Positions 31,161 through 40,566 of a stretch of 64,000 nucleotides of DNA are shown one piece after another; the first letter of the stretch is position 1, and every line of letters starts with the position of its first letter. The stretch lies in the NCBI GenBank assembly GCA_045593535.1, contig JAZNWW010000024.1:1052-65051 (forward strand), read 5' to 3'. Position numbers and translations under genes: made by a program. The stretch comes from Acutalibacteraceae bacterium. Its GTDB lineage: Bacteria > Bacillota > Clostridia > Oscillospirales > Acutalibacteraceae. A model generated the notes under the pieces. The model was given only the letters and a program-made list of their open reading frames with translations. It made no database searches and was not told the origin of the DNA.

Positions 31161-34040
31161 TCAACTGTATTCTTTAATTTTTCTTGCTATTTCGTTATCG
31201 GCCACCTGCGACCATTCTGTTATAGCGTCCTTGGGATTATATCCATCGTTAATAACTGACCAATACGCCTGATCAACTGCACGTGTTAGATAATAACTTC
31301 CGGGTGGTTCGGGCAATTCTTTTACCGATTCCCACTGATTCATTAGTTTTTCTAAATCATTAGGATTCCAAGATAGACTCTTAAAGGCTTCAACATTTGC
31401 AGTAGAAACTCGACCAAGCATTCCGAGTATTGATTCAACATTGTTTGAGTATCTGATTTGGGTTTCCGCTGATGTCCACCATTTTAAAAATTCCCATGCC
31501 TCTTTGTGATGTTTAGACTTCTTAACAATGGAACATCCCGTGCCACCGCCTGCAACATAATTATTTCCGTTAGATTTTCCAGGAACATTAGCAATAGACC
31601 ATCGTCCCTGAATTTCAGGTGCCGCACTATAAATTGTAAGGTATGTAGTATAGGGCGCAATTCCCAAAGGCATTGAACCGTTTCTGAAACGGTTATAAAA
31701 ATCTGCTTCCTTTAAATAACCGTAGTCTGTATACATTTCGGTCCATTCTTCAAACACACTTATTCCTTCAGGAGTTATCAAGTTTGTTGCATTAAGTTCT
31801 TTGTTATAAAGATTCATTCCGTTTTGCAACATAAGTGTAGGATAAAGGTTAAGATTACCGATTCCCGCATTAACCGTTGTGGTTGTGGCAATTTGTGTAT
31901 AAGGAACATAAACTCCCATATTATACCGCTGAATAATAGTTGCACAATAAGTGAACTCCTCCCAAGTAGTTGGAACCTTCAATCCAAGCTGTTTGAAAAC
32001 ATCAGTACGGTAAAACATTGTGAAAAACGTTTGTGTATCAGGAAGTGCATATAAAGCATCGTTATGCCAATACGGTGTATCCGCACCAGGTTGAAAACGC
32101 TTTAATACATCCTCATAATCCGAGAATTGCGTAAGGTCTAAAAGTGCATCTCTCATACCATAGTTTACAGGAGCAGTTCGCGCTAAATGTAATTGTATAT
32201 CAGGAAAATTGTTTGCAAGCAAACCGTTTATAAGTGAGTTTGAAACTATTTGAAGTTCTACCTTTATTCCGGTTTTTGCTGTAAATGATTCACGGATAAG
32301 AGAATCAAGCGCCATTGTCTGATCTCTACCCCAGTTCACCCACAATTTTAAAGCAACTTCATCGCCATCATTAGAATTGGTTGTATAATCACTCACATAA
32401 GAATAGAGAAGTCTTTTAATGCTAAACCAAAGCTTTTCAAAAAAATTCGGTTGATTCCAATCAAATTCTTGTCCCGCATATACAAATTGCATTTCATCAA
32501 GCGCTAAGGGCATTTTTTTCATTTCATTAAGCCAAGAGCTTAAAGTAGTATAATTCGTATAATAATCTTTAACATAAAGATGGGCTATAAATTTAGCTTC
32601 CAACATCTTGCTTATAACACGGTTCATATTGTTTATTGCTGAAGTATATTGACTTCCGCTGTTACCTGTAAGACTTTTCATGTCCTCTACTATTGAGGTT
32701 AACTCTTTACTAACATCTGTTAAAACATCGGTAAAGGTAGGAATTTGGGTAAACAACTCATAGTCACGGTTTGTATCGGGAACCTCGCCTGTTATCATAA
32801 CAATTTCAAGGTACATATCACCAAGAGTTGTAACAACCTTGTTGAGTCTGTCATAAAATGCAGAAAGCTCACCCAATGTAACCTCTAAAGAAAGGGTGTG
32901 TTCTCCCTTGTCCAAATAAATATAATAAGGCTCTTCACCGTCACCAAACTCAAAATTTTGCCAACCGGTATCATAATTAAAGCGAAGTTCTTTGGCTTCA
33001 TCAAAAGGTGATTTACCGTCTATCTTAAGAATACGCCAGCTTTCACCGCCCACCAATTCATTTTGTTTGTATCTAGCGCCAAAACTATAATAGCCTGCTG
33101 TTTTAACAGTAAAATTCCAAGTGATTTCTTGTCCGGGCAGATTCCAACTGCCACCACCAATACTGTTAATTTTAGTAAGATATGGATCTATAGGATACAT
33201 TCCGGCATTTCCGTTGGTAGCCTTTGGGATAAGTGAATTATCGTTCTTAACACTTGCATCCTCGGCGTGAATGATTATAGGCTCAACGTTAAGATTCTCA
33301 ACAATTTTATATTTGCTTGATACTGTTTTATAAGACTGGGTTACACTGGGAGCCGTAAATCCAATATCAGCTATCGCAACTGCATAACCCAAACCTTCCA
33401 AAGTAACAGTGTGCACACCTGCTTTTAGGGCAAATGTAAACGGTTCAAGTACTACGCCTGTATTATCGGTAGCCAATCTGTATGAATAATTAGAACTCAT
33501 TACCTGTTCGGGAGCAATCTCATTACCTTGCGTGTCAACCCTCCACTTATCAGTAGCATTAACCCAATCGCTTGTAAAGGTAAATGTTTTTGCCTCTTTA
33601 AAAGGTACGATACCATCTAAATAAAAACCGAATTCAAGGTTTGTGCTATTTTTCAAAGGAAGAAATGTAATTGCAAAATTATATAATCCATCTTTTGGAA
33701 TCATAATTTTCCAAGTTACACTTCCCTTTCCGCTTTCCCAAAGAAGTGCATTGCTTTTACCCGCATATTCTGCCGATTTAGCTTCGGATTCATTATCGCT
33801 TACAAATGCATCGCCCAAAACCGAGACGTTTTCTTTAGAATTTTCTAATTTTGCATTATCCTCGGCATATTTGCTATAATCGGCAATGTTTTCATCGTCA
33901 GCAGTGGTTGTACTTAAAATGTTTTGACTATTGATAGATACTTCATCTGCAGAAATCGCCGACATTGTACTAATTGCAACAGATAACACAATCACTACTA
34001 TAAGCAACAATGATAGTATTTTCTTTAAAACTTTTGCCAC
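31161..34040 (-). CDS. Oversized (about 960 aa) solute-binding protein with two N-terminal CBM-like modules
   Basis: The C-terminal 400 aa or so look like a family-1 SBP. The N-terminal half has two similar modules (GSVTWKIMIPKDGLYNFAITF..., QEITWNFTVKTAGYYSFGARY...). The likely start is GTG at 34040, 8 nt after AAGGAG. Confidence 0.7.
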   Translation of the reverse strand: MAKVLKKILSLLLIVVIVLSVAISTMSAISADEVSINSQNILSTTTADDENIADYSKYAEDNAKLENSKENVSVLGDAFVSDNESEAKSAEYAGKSNALLWESGKGSVTWKIMIPKDGLYNFAITFLPLKNSTNLEFGFYLDGIVPFKEAKTFTFTSDWVNATDKWRVDTQGNEIAPEQVMSSNYSYRLATDNTGVVLEPFTFALKAGVHTVTLEGLGYAVAIADIGFTAPSVTQSYKTVSSKYKIVENLNVEPIIIHAEDASVKNDNSLIPKATNGNAGMYPIDPYLTKINSIGGGSWNLPGQEITWNFTVKTAGYYSFGARYKQNELVGGESWRILKIDGKSPFDEAKELRFNYDTGWQNFEFGDGEEPYYIYLDKGEHTLSLEVTLGELSAFYDRLNKVVTTLGDMYLEIVMITGEVPDTNRDYELFTQIPTFTDVLTDVSKELTSIVEDMKSLTGNSGSQYTSAINNMNRVISKMLEAKFIAHLYVKDYYTNYTTLSSWLNEMKKMPLALDEMQFVYAGQEFDWNQPNFFEKLWFSIKRLLYSYVSDYTTNSNDGDEVALKLWVNWGRDQTMALDSLIRESFTAKTGIKVELQIVSNSLINGLLANNFPDIQLHLARTAPVNYGMRDALLDLTQFSDYEDVLKRFQPGADTPYWHNDALYALPDTQTFFTMFYRTDVFKQLGLKVPTTWEEFTYCATIIQRYNMGVYVPYTQIATTTTVNAGIGNLNLYPTLMLQNGMNLYNKELNATNLITPEGISVFEEWTEMYTDYGYLKEADFYNRFRNGSMPLGIAPYTTYLTIYSAAPEIQGRWSIANVPGKSNGNNYVAGGGTGCSIVKKSKHHKEAWEFLKWWTSAETQIRYSNNVESILGMLGRVSTANVEAFKSLSWNPNDLEKLMNQWESVKELPEPPGSYYLTRAVDQAYWSVINDGYNPKDAITEWSQVADNEIARKIKEYS

Positions 34041-34100
34041 TAAATTCACTCCTTAGCGCTTGAATCAGATTTAGACTTTATACTGCCTTACGTAAAATTA

Positions 34101-35477
34101 TCAATGTATTTTTTCATCAATATAGAGCTTGCCTACACCGGGTTTTTGATAAACTCTTAAATAATCTATAAAATATTCTGAAGGTAATTCATCATCCTTA
34201 ACCAAGGTAGTAACATAGTCGCCGTCTTCTGGCATAAGGTGATTATTAAGTATTAAAAACAAGGGATGATTCTTAAATGGAGACATATCAGGATTAAGGT
34301 CAAAAGACTTTGTAATGTTAAAGGTTTCATACTTTTCACCATCAACAAACATTGAAATCTCTTTGGGAGTCCACTCCATACCGTAAGTATGGTATTCATA
34401 AGAAAGGGTGTCGGATTCTTCAAATACATATTTGTTTTTATCTTTTGCTGCTATTTGTGTATGTGAACCTGTTTTTTGATTATGTATTTCATCGTAATCA
34501 TATTTTCTGTACCATTTATGTAGGTTAGGAACAACATCAGTAAGGCTTCCAAATATTTCAAAAATATCAACTTCAATGGTGTAATTGCTGTTTGGAGCAT
34601 CAAGATAAGGTGACTGATTACTCTTTGCCCAGAAAGAAGGCCATGCACCGTGTTTAAAAGGTACTCTTGCTCTGATTTCGGCATAACCGTAGGTGAAATT
34701 CATATTATAAACGGTTGAAACCGAGGTTGGAACTTTATATTGTGTACCCTCTCTTTGAGGATCAAAATATCTAATACCAAAAAGCTTTAATCTTCCGTCT
34801 TCTACCCTTAATACGTCGGAATCACTTGATACAAGCATCGAGCCCGAACCTGTCATATGTTCCATACAAGTAAATTTAGTTCTATCAAGGCTTAAGCCCT
34901 CGAACTCATCGCCCCATACGTACTTATAACCATCAAGCATAGTTGCTTTAAAATCGGTTTCAAGTTTAAAGGTAACGGCTTTGTCCTTTTTAGGTGCTAA
35001 TCTTGTAAACTTTTCTACTGCCGACTTAACCATTACATCGTGACCGCCTGAAAAGACAAGTTTTTTGCCGTTTACAGAAACCGAAAGCTCATTTGCCTTT
35101 AAGTCGATTTTACTTTCTTTTCTCGAAGTTTTACCGATAAGTATTTCTTTTTCTTTTACTGCTGCACCGTCATTTGAGACAGATAATTCTAAAGAATAGC
35201 TATCTTTAAAAAAGTCAGCCAATGAATGAGCCGCCTTTTCATTTTCGGTATTTCCCTTAGGATAAATAATTTTATAATCGTTTGAAATCGAAAAATCTAC
35301 CTCTTTATAGTCAAACTTTCCGTCGGTATCAACAAACTCTTTAACCTCTTGAGCCTTGTACTTTTCACGGTAAGAAGCAGCGTCTTTTGGTTTTTCTTCT
35401 TTTTTACCACAAGCACTGAAGGTAAAAAGCAAAGAAAAGCACAATATAAAAGATAAAGATTTTTTAAATTTAAACAT
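34101..35477 (-). CDS. GH16 lipoprotein with an unknown N-terminal domain
   Basis: Lipobox TFSACGK. WGDEFEG, GAWPSFWAK and the catalytic EVDIFE at 34557-34574 (EXDXXE type). Confidence 0.8.
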   Translation of the reverse strand: MFKFKKSLSFILCFSLLFTFSACGKKEEKPKDAASYREKYKAQEVKEFVDTDGKFDYKEVDFSISNDYKIIYPKGNTENEKAAHSLADFFKDSYSLELSVSNDGAAVKEKEILIGKTSRKESKIDLKANELSVSVNGKKLVFSGGHDVMVKSAVEKFTRLAPKKDKAVTFKLETDFKATMLDGYKYVWGDEFEGLSLDRTKFTCMEHMTGSGSMLVSSDSDVLRVEDGRLKLFGIRYFDPQREGTQYKVPTSVSTVYNMNFTYGYAEIRARVPFKHGAWPSFWAKSNQSPYLDAPNSNYTIEVDIFEIFGSLTDVVPNLHKWYRKYDYDEIHNQKTGSHTQIAAKDKNKYVFEESDTLSYEYHTYGMEWTPKEISMFVDGEKYETFNITKSFDLNPDMSPFKNHPLFLILNNHLMPEDGDYVTTLVKDDELPSEYFIDYLRVYQKPGVGKLYIDEKIH

Positions 35478-35590
35478 ATTTTTCCTCCTTAAGATTCTAT
35501 ATTTTTACAAGTAAATTATACAAGATAAGAACTCTTTGATAAACACACAAATTATTCCAATGCTTATCAAACAAACCTTATTTGATATTC

Positions 35591-35618
35591 TGCAGAGTGC
35601 CCCGAAGGGCACTCTGCA
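35591..35618 (-). terminator. 12-bp GC-rich hairpin with a UUCG tetraloop on the minus-strand RNA
   Basis: TGCAGAGTGCCC-CGAA-GGGCACTCTGCA, a perfect stem, 43 nt downstream of the 1337-aa gene stop. There is no U-tract on the minus strand. Confidence 0.5.
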
Positions 35619-35660
35619 TCTTTTTAAAAGCAATTTTCAGGTAAATATTTATAGCAATTT

Positions 35661-38600
35661 TTAATTCACTAGTGCTCCACCGAGAGACAACTGCTCGCCT
35701 GACTTTTGATAAAGTCTAACGTAATCAATGCTGTATTCGGGTAACGGTGAGCCGTCTTGAATAGTGTAATTAGCAGCCCAATCACCCTCTTCGCTTGCGG
35801 TGTACTCACTATGGAAAATTTCATTGTTTATATTAAGAGAGAAGAAAGCATCCTTGAAGTGATTTACAGAATCATTAAAATAAGCTGAACCAAACCAAGT
35901 CTCCCACCTATCTTCTTCGAAGGAGATTGTATTATACAAAACATCGTCAACATAGAATTTCATACCGGTTTCATCCCATTCGAAACCATAGGTATGATAT
36001 TCTTGGCTTAAGTTTTCAGCGTTCTTAAATGTATAATACATCTTATCCTTATTCTTGTCGTACTGCTCATCTTTTCCACCATTCTCTTCAGTATAATGCT
36101 TAATAATGTTGCACTTTAATGTATCTGTGCTTGAGAATACTTCAAGAATATCAATTTCAGGATTGTAAACATTATCTCTTTCGTATCCGTATGCATCATA
36201 AGCCTGCATCCAGATTGACGGCCAAGCACCCTGACTGTAGGGCAGCTTTGCACGAACTTCTAAGTATCCGTACTTGAAGGACATCTTACCTCTTGTGGTA
36301 AGGCCTTGTGGCAAAACATAATCCTCGGCATTCTTTGTAACACGAAGGTTCATATTGCCGTCTGCAACGAAAGCATGATTCTTGGTGTTATCATAAATAC
36401 CGCCTGTGTTCATATTTTGACGGAAGCCCCAGAAATTAGAATTCAAATCTGTACCGTTAAATTCATCAGACCATACAAGTGTTCTGTCGTTCTTGGTAGC
36501 AGGAACAGTCGGTGTAAGATCTAAAAGAATCTTGCAAAGAGTCGTAATATCCAAAGCACCTGCAATGTCATAGTCGCCGTTAATATCACCGCACCAAGTA
36601 ACCTTGCTTGTGCCTAATGACATTTTCTTAAGTCTTATAAGGTCTAAAACGTTAACCTTACCATCAACGTTTACATCACCGAGTTCTACGTCTAAATCTT
36701 CGGGGATAAACATTGACTGAACAGTTATATCGTCAATGCAAATGTCAATATCCTTAGCCCACCAATTATCAAACTGGTCAGTAACAACAGCTATATATAA
36801 AGGATTTGTTGTGCTGTTGGTTGTAAAGATAAGGTCTTCTGTAACCCAACCGTCAGTAGTAGCGCCTCTATTGATGGTTTCATCATTGAATATACCATAC
36901 TGATAAACACCGTTTGGTAATTCATAAGCATCGGTAGAAACTGCTTCTGATAGTCTTGTAGAAGAGTTAGCATTACCACTTGTTCTTGTGCTACGCAATA
37001 CAATGTTTAAGTCTTTTGTCTCTGTACCTGTAGCCGGTAATACGTTAACCTTGTATTTAAGAGAAATTCTATACTGTGAATTAGGTTCGGGGGTAAATCT
37101 GTTGCCTTCTGCATCATAAATTATAAATGCAGTAGGATAACCGTAATTATAGCTTTCGACAAATGTAACCTTCATTGCATTACTGCCGTCAACACCTGCA
37201 CCTTCAGCAACAAATGCGTCATACTGGCTAAAGTTGCCGGTAGAGAACTTTGCATTTATGTTGGCTGTTGTAGCCTTGTAGTTACCGCCACCCTTATTTT
37301 CAGGTTTTGTATCAGAGTCAACAACGGTAAACTCATAGCCTGCTTCATCATAGGTATTGGTAAATTGTTCTACAGCTGCTAATTCCCACTTTGTATAGAT
37401 TGTTCCAAGATTTCCGATTGTATCTGTTGCTTCTAATTTATCGGTTAAAGCAGCATCAGCATAGAAACCTACAAAATCATAACCATAGCGGGTAGGCTCG
37501 GTAATTTCTGAAAGAATAGAATCAGAGAATACGTCATATTCAATAGTCTTGCCCTCTGTGATATTACATTCAACTGTTGTTTTGTCGTCTCTGAAAACGA
37601 TAAGTACAGGGTATCCTGTTGTTGCAGAGAATGCTCCGTCAGAATTAAGATTAGGCATCTTATCAGGATTTAAGAATACATCCTTACCCTGCATATTAGC
37701 AGCAGTTACGTTGGTAATACCGTCAATAGCCTCACCATCATTTACCTGATAGCAGTTGGTGCAAACCAATTTATCCTGATCAGGTCTGCCGTGAAGTAAC
37801 ATATTGGTATAGCAGTTATTTGCGGTGATATTAGCATACCACGCGTCACCAATTATACCACCTGCAGGATTAGTGCCTGTAGCAGTGACACTTGCCAAAG
37901 AATAGCAGTTATTTACTTTTACTGTACCTTTGTTATATCTCCAGTGGCTTATAAGTCCGCCTGCATAGTTAGAACCGATAATTGTTACATCCGCGCCAAC
38001 ATAGCAGTTTTCAATAGTAGTTGTTGTGTTATAGAGCCAACTTAAACCGGTGAAAATACCTGCAACATTAGCGCCCTTAAGATAAGCCTTTTCAACGCCA
38101 ACATTCTTTACTGTACCACCGTTGAATTTGGGGAAAAGTGAAGAATTAGATGTTCCGTTATAATACAAACCGTAAACAACAAAACCGTTACCTTCAAAAA
38201 CTCCGTGGAATGCTGTAGCCGAAGAAGTCATCCAAGATTTTACATTTGCTGCACTATACCAATTATCAGTCGATACATCATTGATATAAATGTCATTTTT
38301 TAATGCGAAATGCTTATCGCCCGCATCGTCAAAATATGTAACAGACCATGCAAGCTCTTCGGGGCTGTAAATAAGGAAAGGATTTGATTCTGTACCTGTA
38401 CCAAGTGTTGGCTTAACCTTGTTTCCGTCCCAATTATGACCGTCATATCCGTTTGCGGTCCACTTAACATAAATATCAGAATGTTCATAAGCCTTATCGC
38501 TATTATTTAATGCAACAGCAAAATCTGCGTCTGCATAGAAGCCACCGAAGGTATAACCTGCACGAGCTGTAACTTCCATCTCTGCAACAGTAGTATAAGC

Positions 38601-39674
38601 ATCTACCCAAAGTGATTCGGATTCAGACTCTGTAATATGGTAATTAACAGGATATTCCTTATTAAATACACGAAGGATAGGATATCCTTCGGTTGCAACA
38701 AAGGTGTCATCAACGTTAAGATTAGCCATCTTTTCAGCATTGGTAAATACGTCTTTACCCTGCATATTTGCAGCAGTAAGAACGGTTACACCGGAAAATC
38801 CTGCGTTATTAGCCTCGGAATAGCAGTTTGTATGAGTAGCAAAAGAATTTGTCGTTCTTCCGGCAAATGAACCACGAGAATAGCAGTTCACAAACTTAAA
38901 GCGAGCGGCGGCTTGATTCCACTGGTCACCCCAAAATCCACCGTAGGTACCTGAAGATGAAACAGTAGCCAAGGAATAACAATTCTCAAAAGCTAATGTG
39001 AGGGAGGAATAACTTTTTTGTATTGGTCTGCCTGCAAATCCGCCTGTCTCTCCTGTACCTATAATAGTAACATTTTGACCTACACAGCAATTTGTAAAAC
39101 CATAAGTAAGGGCGGCATTTTTATACCAGTTACTGGTACCCAAAAATGCACCTACTCTTTTACCGCTTAAATAGGCATAATCTATACAAATATTAGAAAT
39201 CGCACCGCCTGAAAATTTCGGAATCAATCCCATATCGGATGTACCGTTATAATACATACCGTAAATAGAATAACCTTGACCGTCAATAGTGGCGTAGAAA
39301 GAAGTTTGAGTGGTTATCCAGCTCTTTGCGGTGTAACCATCTGCCACTGCACCGGTAGTCCAGTTTATTTTGTCGAGTTCGTTTAGATAAATATCATTAC
39401 CTAATACGAAATAATTTTCAATTGTTGCGTATGCTCCATCATCATTCCATGTTACAGCATAAGCCAACTCGGCACCTGTGGTAATAATCCACGGGTCGTC
39501 TTTTGTGCCGGAGCCTTCGGCAATACCCGTAGCAGTTGTACCGTCCCAATAAACTATGTCTTCGGTTGCTACTGTTTCTGCGGCAAATAAATTTACTGCG
39601 CCAAGAACCGAAACACTTGAAACAAGCAACGCCAGAACAACTAAAATGCTGAGAAGTTTTTTCATTTTACTCAT
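35661..39674 (-). CDS. Giant secreted multi-module GH16 enzyme
   Basis: Signal peptide, two beta-helix/GLUG-like plus Flg_new-type modules, one binding-like module homologous to the triplicated one, a dockerin, then C-terminal GH16. The GH16 domain has LVWSDEFNG at about 36455-36482 and the catalytic EIDILE at 36141-36158. Confidence 0.85.
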   Translation of the reverse strand: MSKMKKLLSILVVLALLVSSVSVLGAVNLFAAETVATEDIVYWDGTTATGIAEGSGTKDDPWIITTGAELAYAVTWNDDGAYATIENYFVLGNDIYLNELDKINWTTGAVADGYTAKSWITTQTSFYATIDGQGYSIYGMYYNGTSDMGLIPKFSGGAISNICIDYAYLSGKRVGAFLGTSNWYKNAALTYGFTNCCVGQNVTIIGTGETGGFAGRPIQKSYSSLTLAFENCYSLATVSSSGTYGGFWGDQWNQAAARFKFVNCYSRGSFAGRTTNSFATHTNCYSEANNAGFSGVTVLTAANMQGKDVFTNAEKMANLNVDDTFVATEGYPILRVFNKEYPVNYHITESESESLWVDAYTTVAEMEVTARAGYTFGGFYADADFAVALNNSDKAYEHSDIYVKWTANGYDGHNWDGNKVKPTLGTGTESNPFLIYSPEELAWSVTYFDDAGDKHFALKNDIYINDVSTDNWYSAANVKSWMTSSATAFHGVFEGNGFVVYGLYYNGTSNSSLFPKFNGGTVKNVGVEKAYLKGANVAGIFTGLSWLYNTTTTIENCYVGADVTIIGSNYAGGLISHWRYNKGTVKVNNCYSLASVTATGTNPAGGIIGDAWYANITANNCYTNMLLHGRPDQDKLVCTNCYQVNDGEAIDGITNVTAANMQGKDVFLNPDKMPNLNSDGAFSATTGYPVLIVFRDDKTTVECNITEGKTIEYDVFSDSILSEITEPTRYGYDFVGFYADAALTDKLEATDTIGNLGTIYTKWELAAVEQFTNTYDEAGYEFTVVDSDTKPENKGGGNYKATTANINAKFSTGNFSQYDAFVAEGAGVDGSNAMKVTFVESYNYGYPTAFIIYDAEGNRFTPEPNSQYRISLKYKVNVLPATGTETKDLNIVLRSTRTSGNANSSTRLSEAVSTDAYELPNGVYQYGIFNDETINRGATTDGWVTEDLIFTTNSTTNPLYIAVVTDQFDNWWAKDIDICIDDITVQSMFIPEDLDVELGDVNVDGKVNVLDLIRLKKMSLGTSKVTWCGDINGDYDIAGALDITTLCKILLDLTPTVPATKNDRTLVWSDEFNGTDLNSNFWGFRQNMNTGGIYDNTKNHAFVADGNMNLRVTKNAEDYVLPQGLTTRGKMSFKYGYLEVRAKLPYSQGAWPSIWMQAYDAYGYERDNVYNPEIDILEVFSSTDTLKCNIIKHYTEENGGKDEQYDKNKDKMYYTFKNAENLSQEYHTYGFEWDETGMKFYVDDVLYNTISFEEDRWETWFGSAYFNDSVNHFKDAFFSLNINNEIFHSEYTASEEGDWAANYTIQDGSPLPEYSIDYVRLYQKSGEQLSLGGALVN
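36513..36680 (-). other. Dockerin module inside the 1337-aa protein
   Basis: Two Ca-loop/helix segments, DVNVDGKVNVLDLIRLKK and DINGDYDIAGALDITTLCKIL. Confidence 0.7.
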
Positions 39675-40005
39675 AATGAGTCTCCTTTCAAATTGTTTTA
39701 AAAAATAAAATAATCATTTTTTATCATTTTTGTCCCATTATCCCCTCTTTTCCATGGTTTTATAATGTCTGATTTTAAAAACGCTTCGCTATGTTGTTAT
39801 TGAAAAATTAACTATTTTTGGTAAAATATAGACAAATCAAACAATAAAACCCGATTTTTCTATTATCATTTTAATACATTTCATACATACTAGCAATAGC
39901 AACTAATCACATTGACAAAATAATCAAGAATTGATTATAAAACCTGAATATTTTGAAAACTTTTTGATTTTTTTTCTTTAAACAATCTATAACATTATGC
40001 CAAAA

Positions 40006-40479
40006 TTATACTATAAAACCATAATTAGGTATTGCTTCGGACTTCGAAACTACAAATGCGCTAACCTTTGAGGCTGATTTCAAACATTGCTCCATATCAA
40101 CACCTTTAAGATACTTATTTAAAAAGGTTGCTGAAAAGCTATCCCCTGTTCCCACAGTTGAAACCACCTCGACTTCTTCTGCTTTGCACGAGTACACAGT
40201 ATCATTCTTGCAGTTATATGCAAAAGCACCTTTTTCACCAAGTGTTATTATCACAAGCTTGATATTACCAAACTGCTCTCCAATCACTTTTGAAGCCTTT
40301 ATATAATCGTATTCTTTATTAAAAATCAAATTGGTAACAACAGGTAACTCCTCATCGCTAATTTTAATAATAGTTGCATTACAGAAAGCGAGTTCCACCA
40401 CTTCTTTTGAAACAAAAGGTTTTCTGATATTTATATTAGTGGAATCATCTCTAAAATTTAGTAATTTTCTCGTTGACAT
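40006..40479 (-). pseudogene. C-terminal half of a PfkB-family sugar kinase (N-terminal about 150 aa missing)
   Basis: Retains the GTGDSFSA anion-hole motif. An in-frame stop lies two codons upstream of the first ATG, and only 87 bp remain before the next gene. Confidence 0.6.
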
Positions 40480-40566
40480 CTTTTATAAATTTTCATACAA
40501 TAATGTCAAGCGATATTTTGGTATTGCCAATCAAGCAAAAAAATCTAAAGAAAGAACTGAATACTT

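Noticed and set aside
39803-39944. Two good-looking + strand promoters (TTGAAA-16-TAAAAT at 39803-39830; TTGACA-17/18-TATAAA at 39913-39941)
   Set aside because: They have no + strand gene or structured RNA downstream and point into the 3' end of the minus-strand kinase remnant. Such hexamer pairs arise easily in this AT-rich gap. An sRNA cannot be excluded, but it is unsupported.
39675-40005. Invertible promoter (inverton) upstream of the giant surface enzyme gene
   Set aside because: I looked for long inverted repeats flanking a promoter. Only the short 8-3-8 palindrome is present, and no recombinase gene is nearby.
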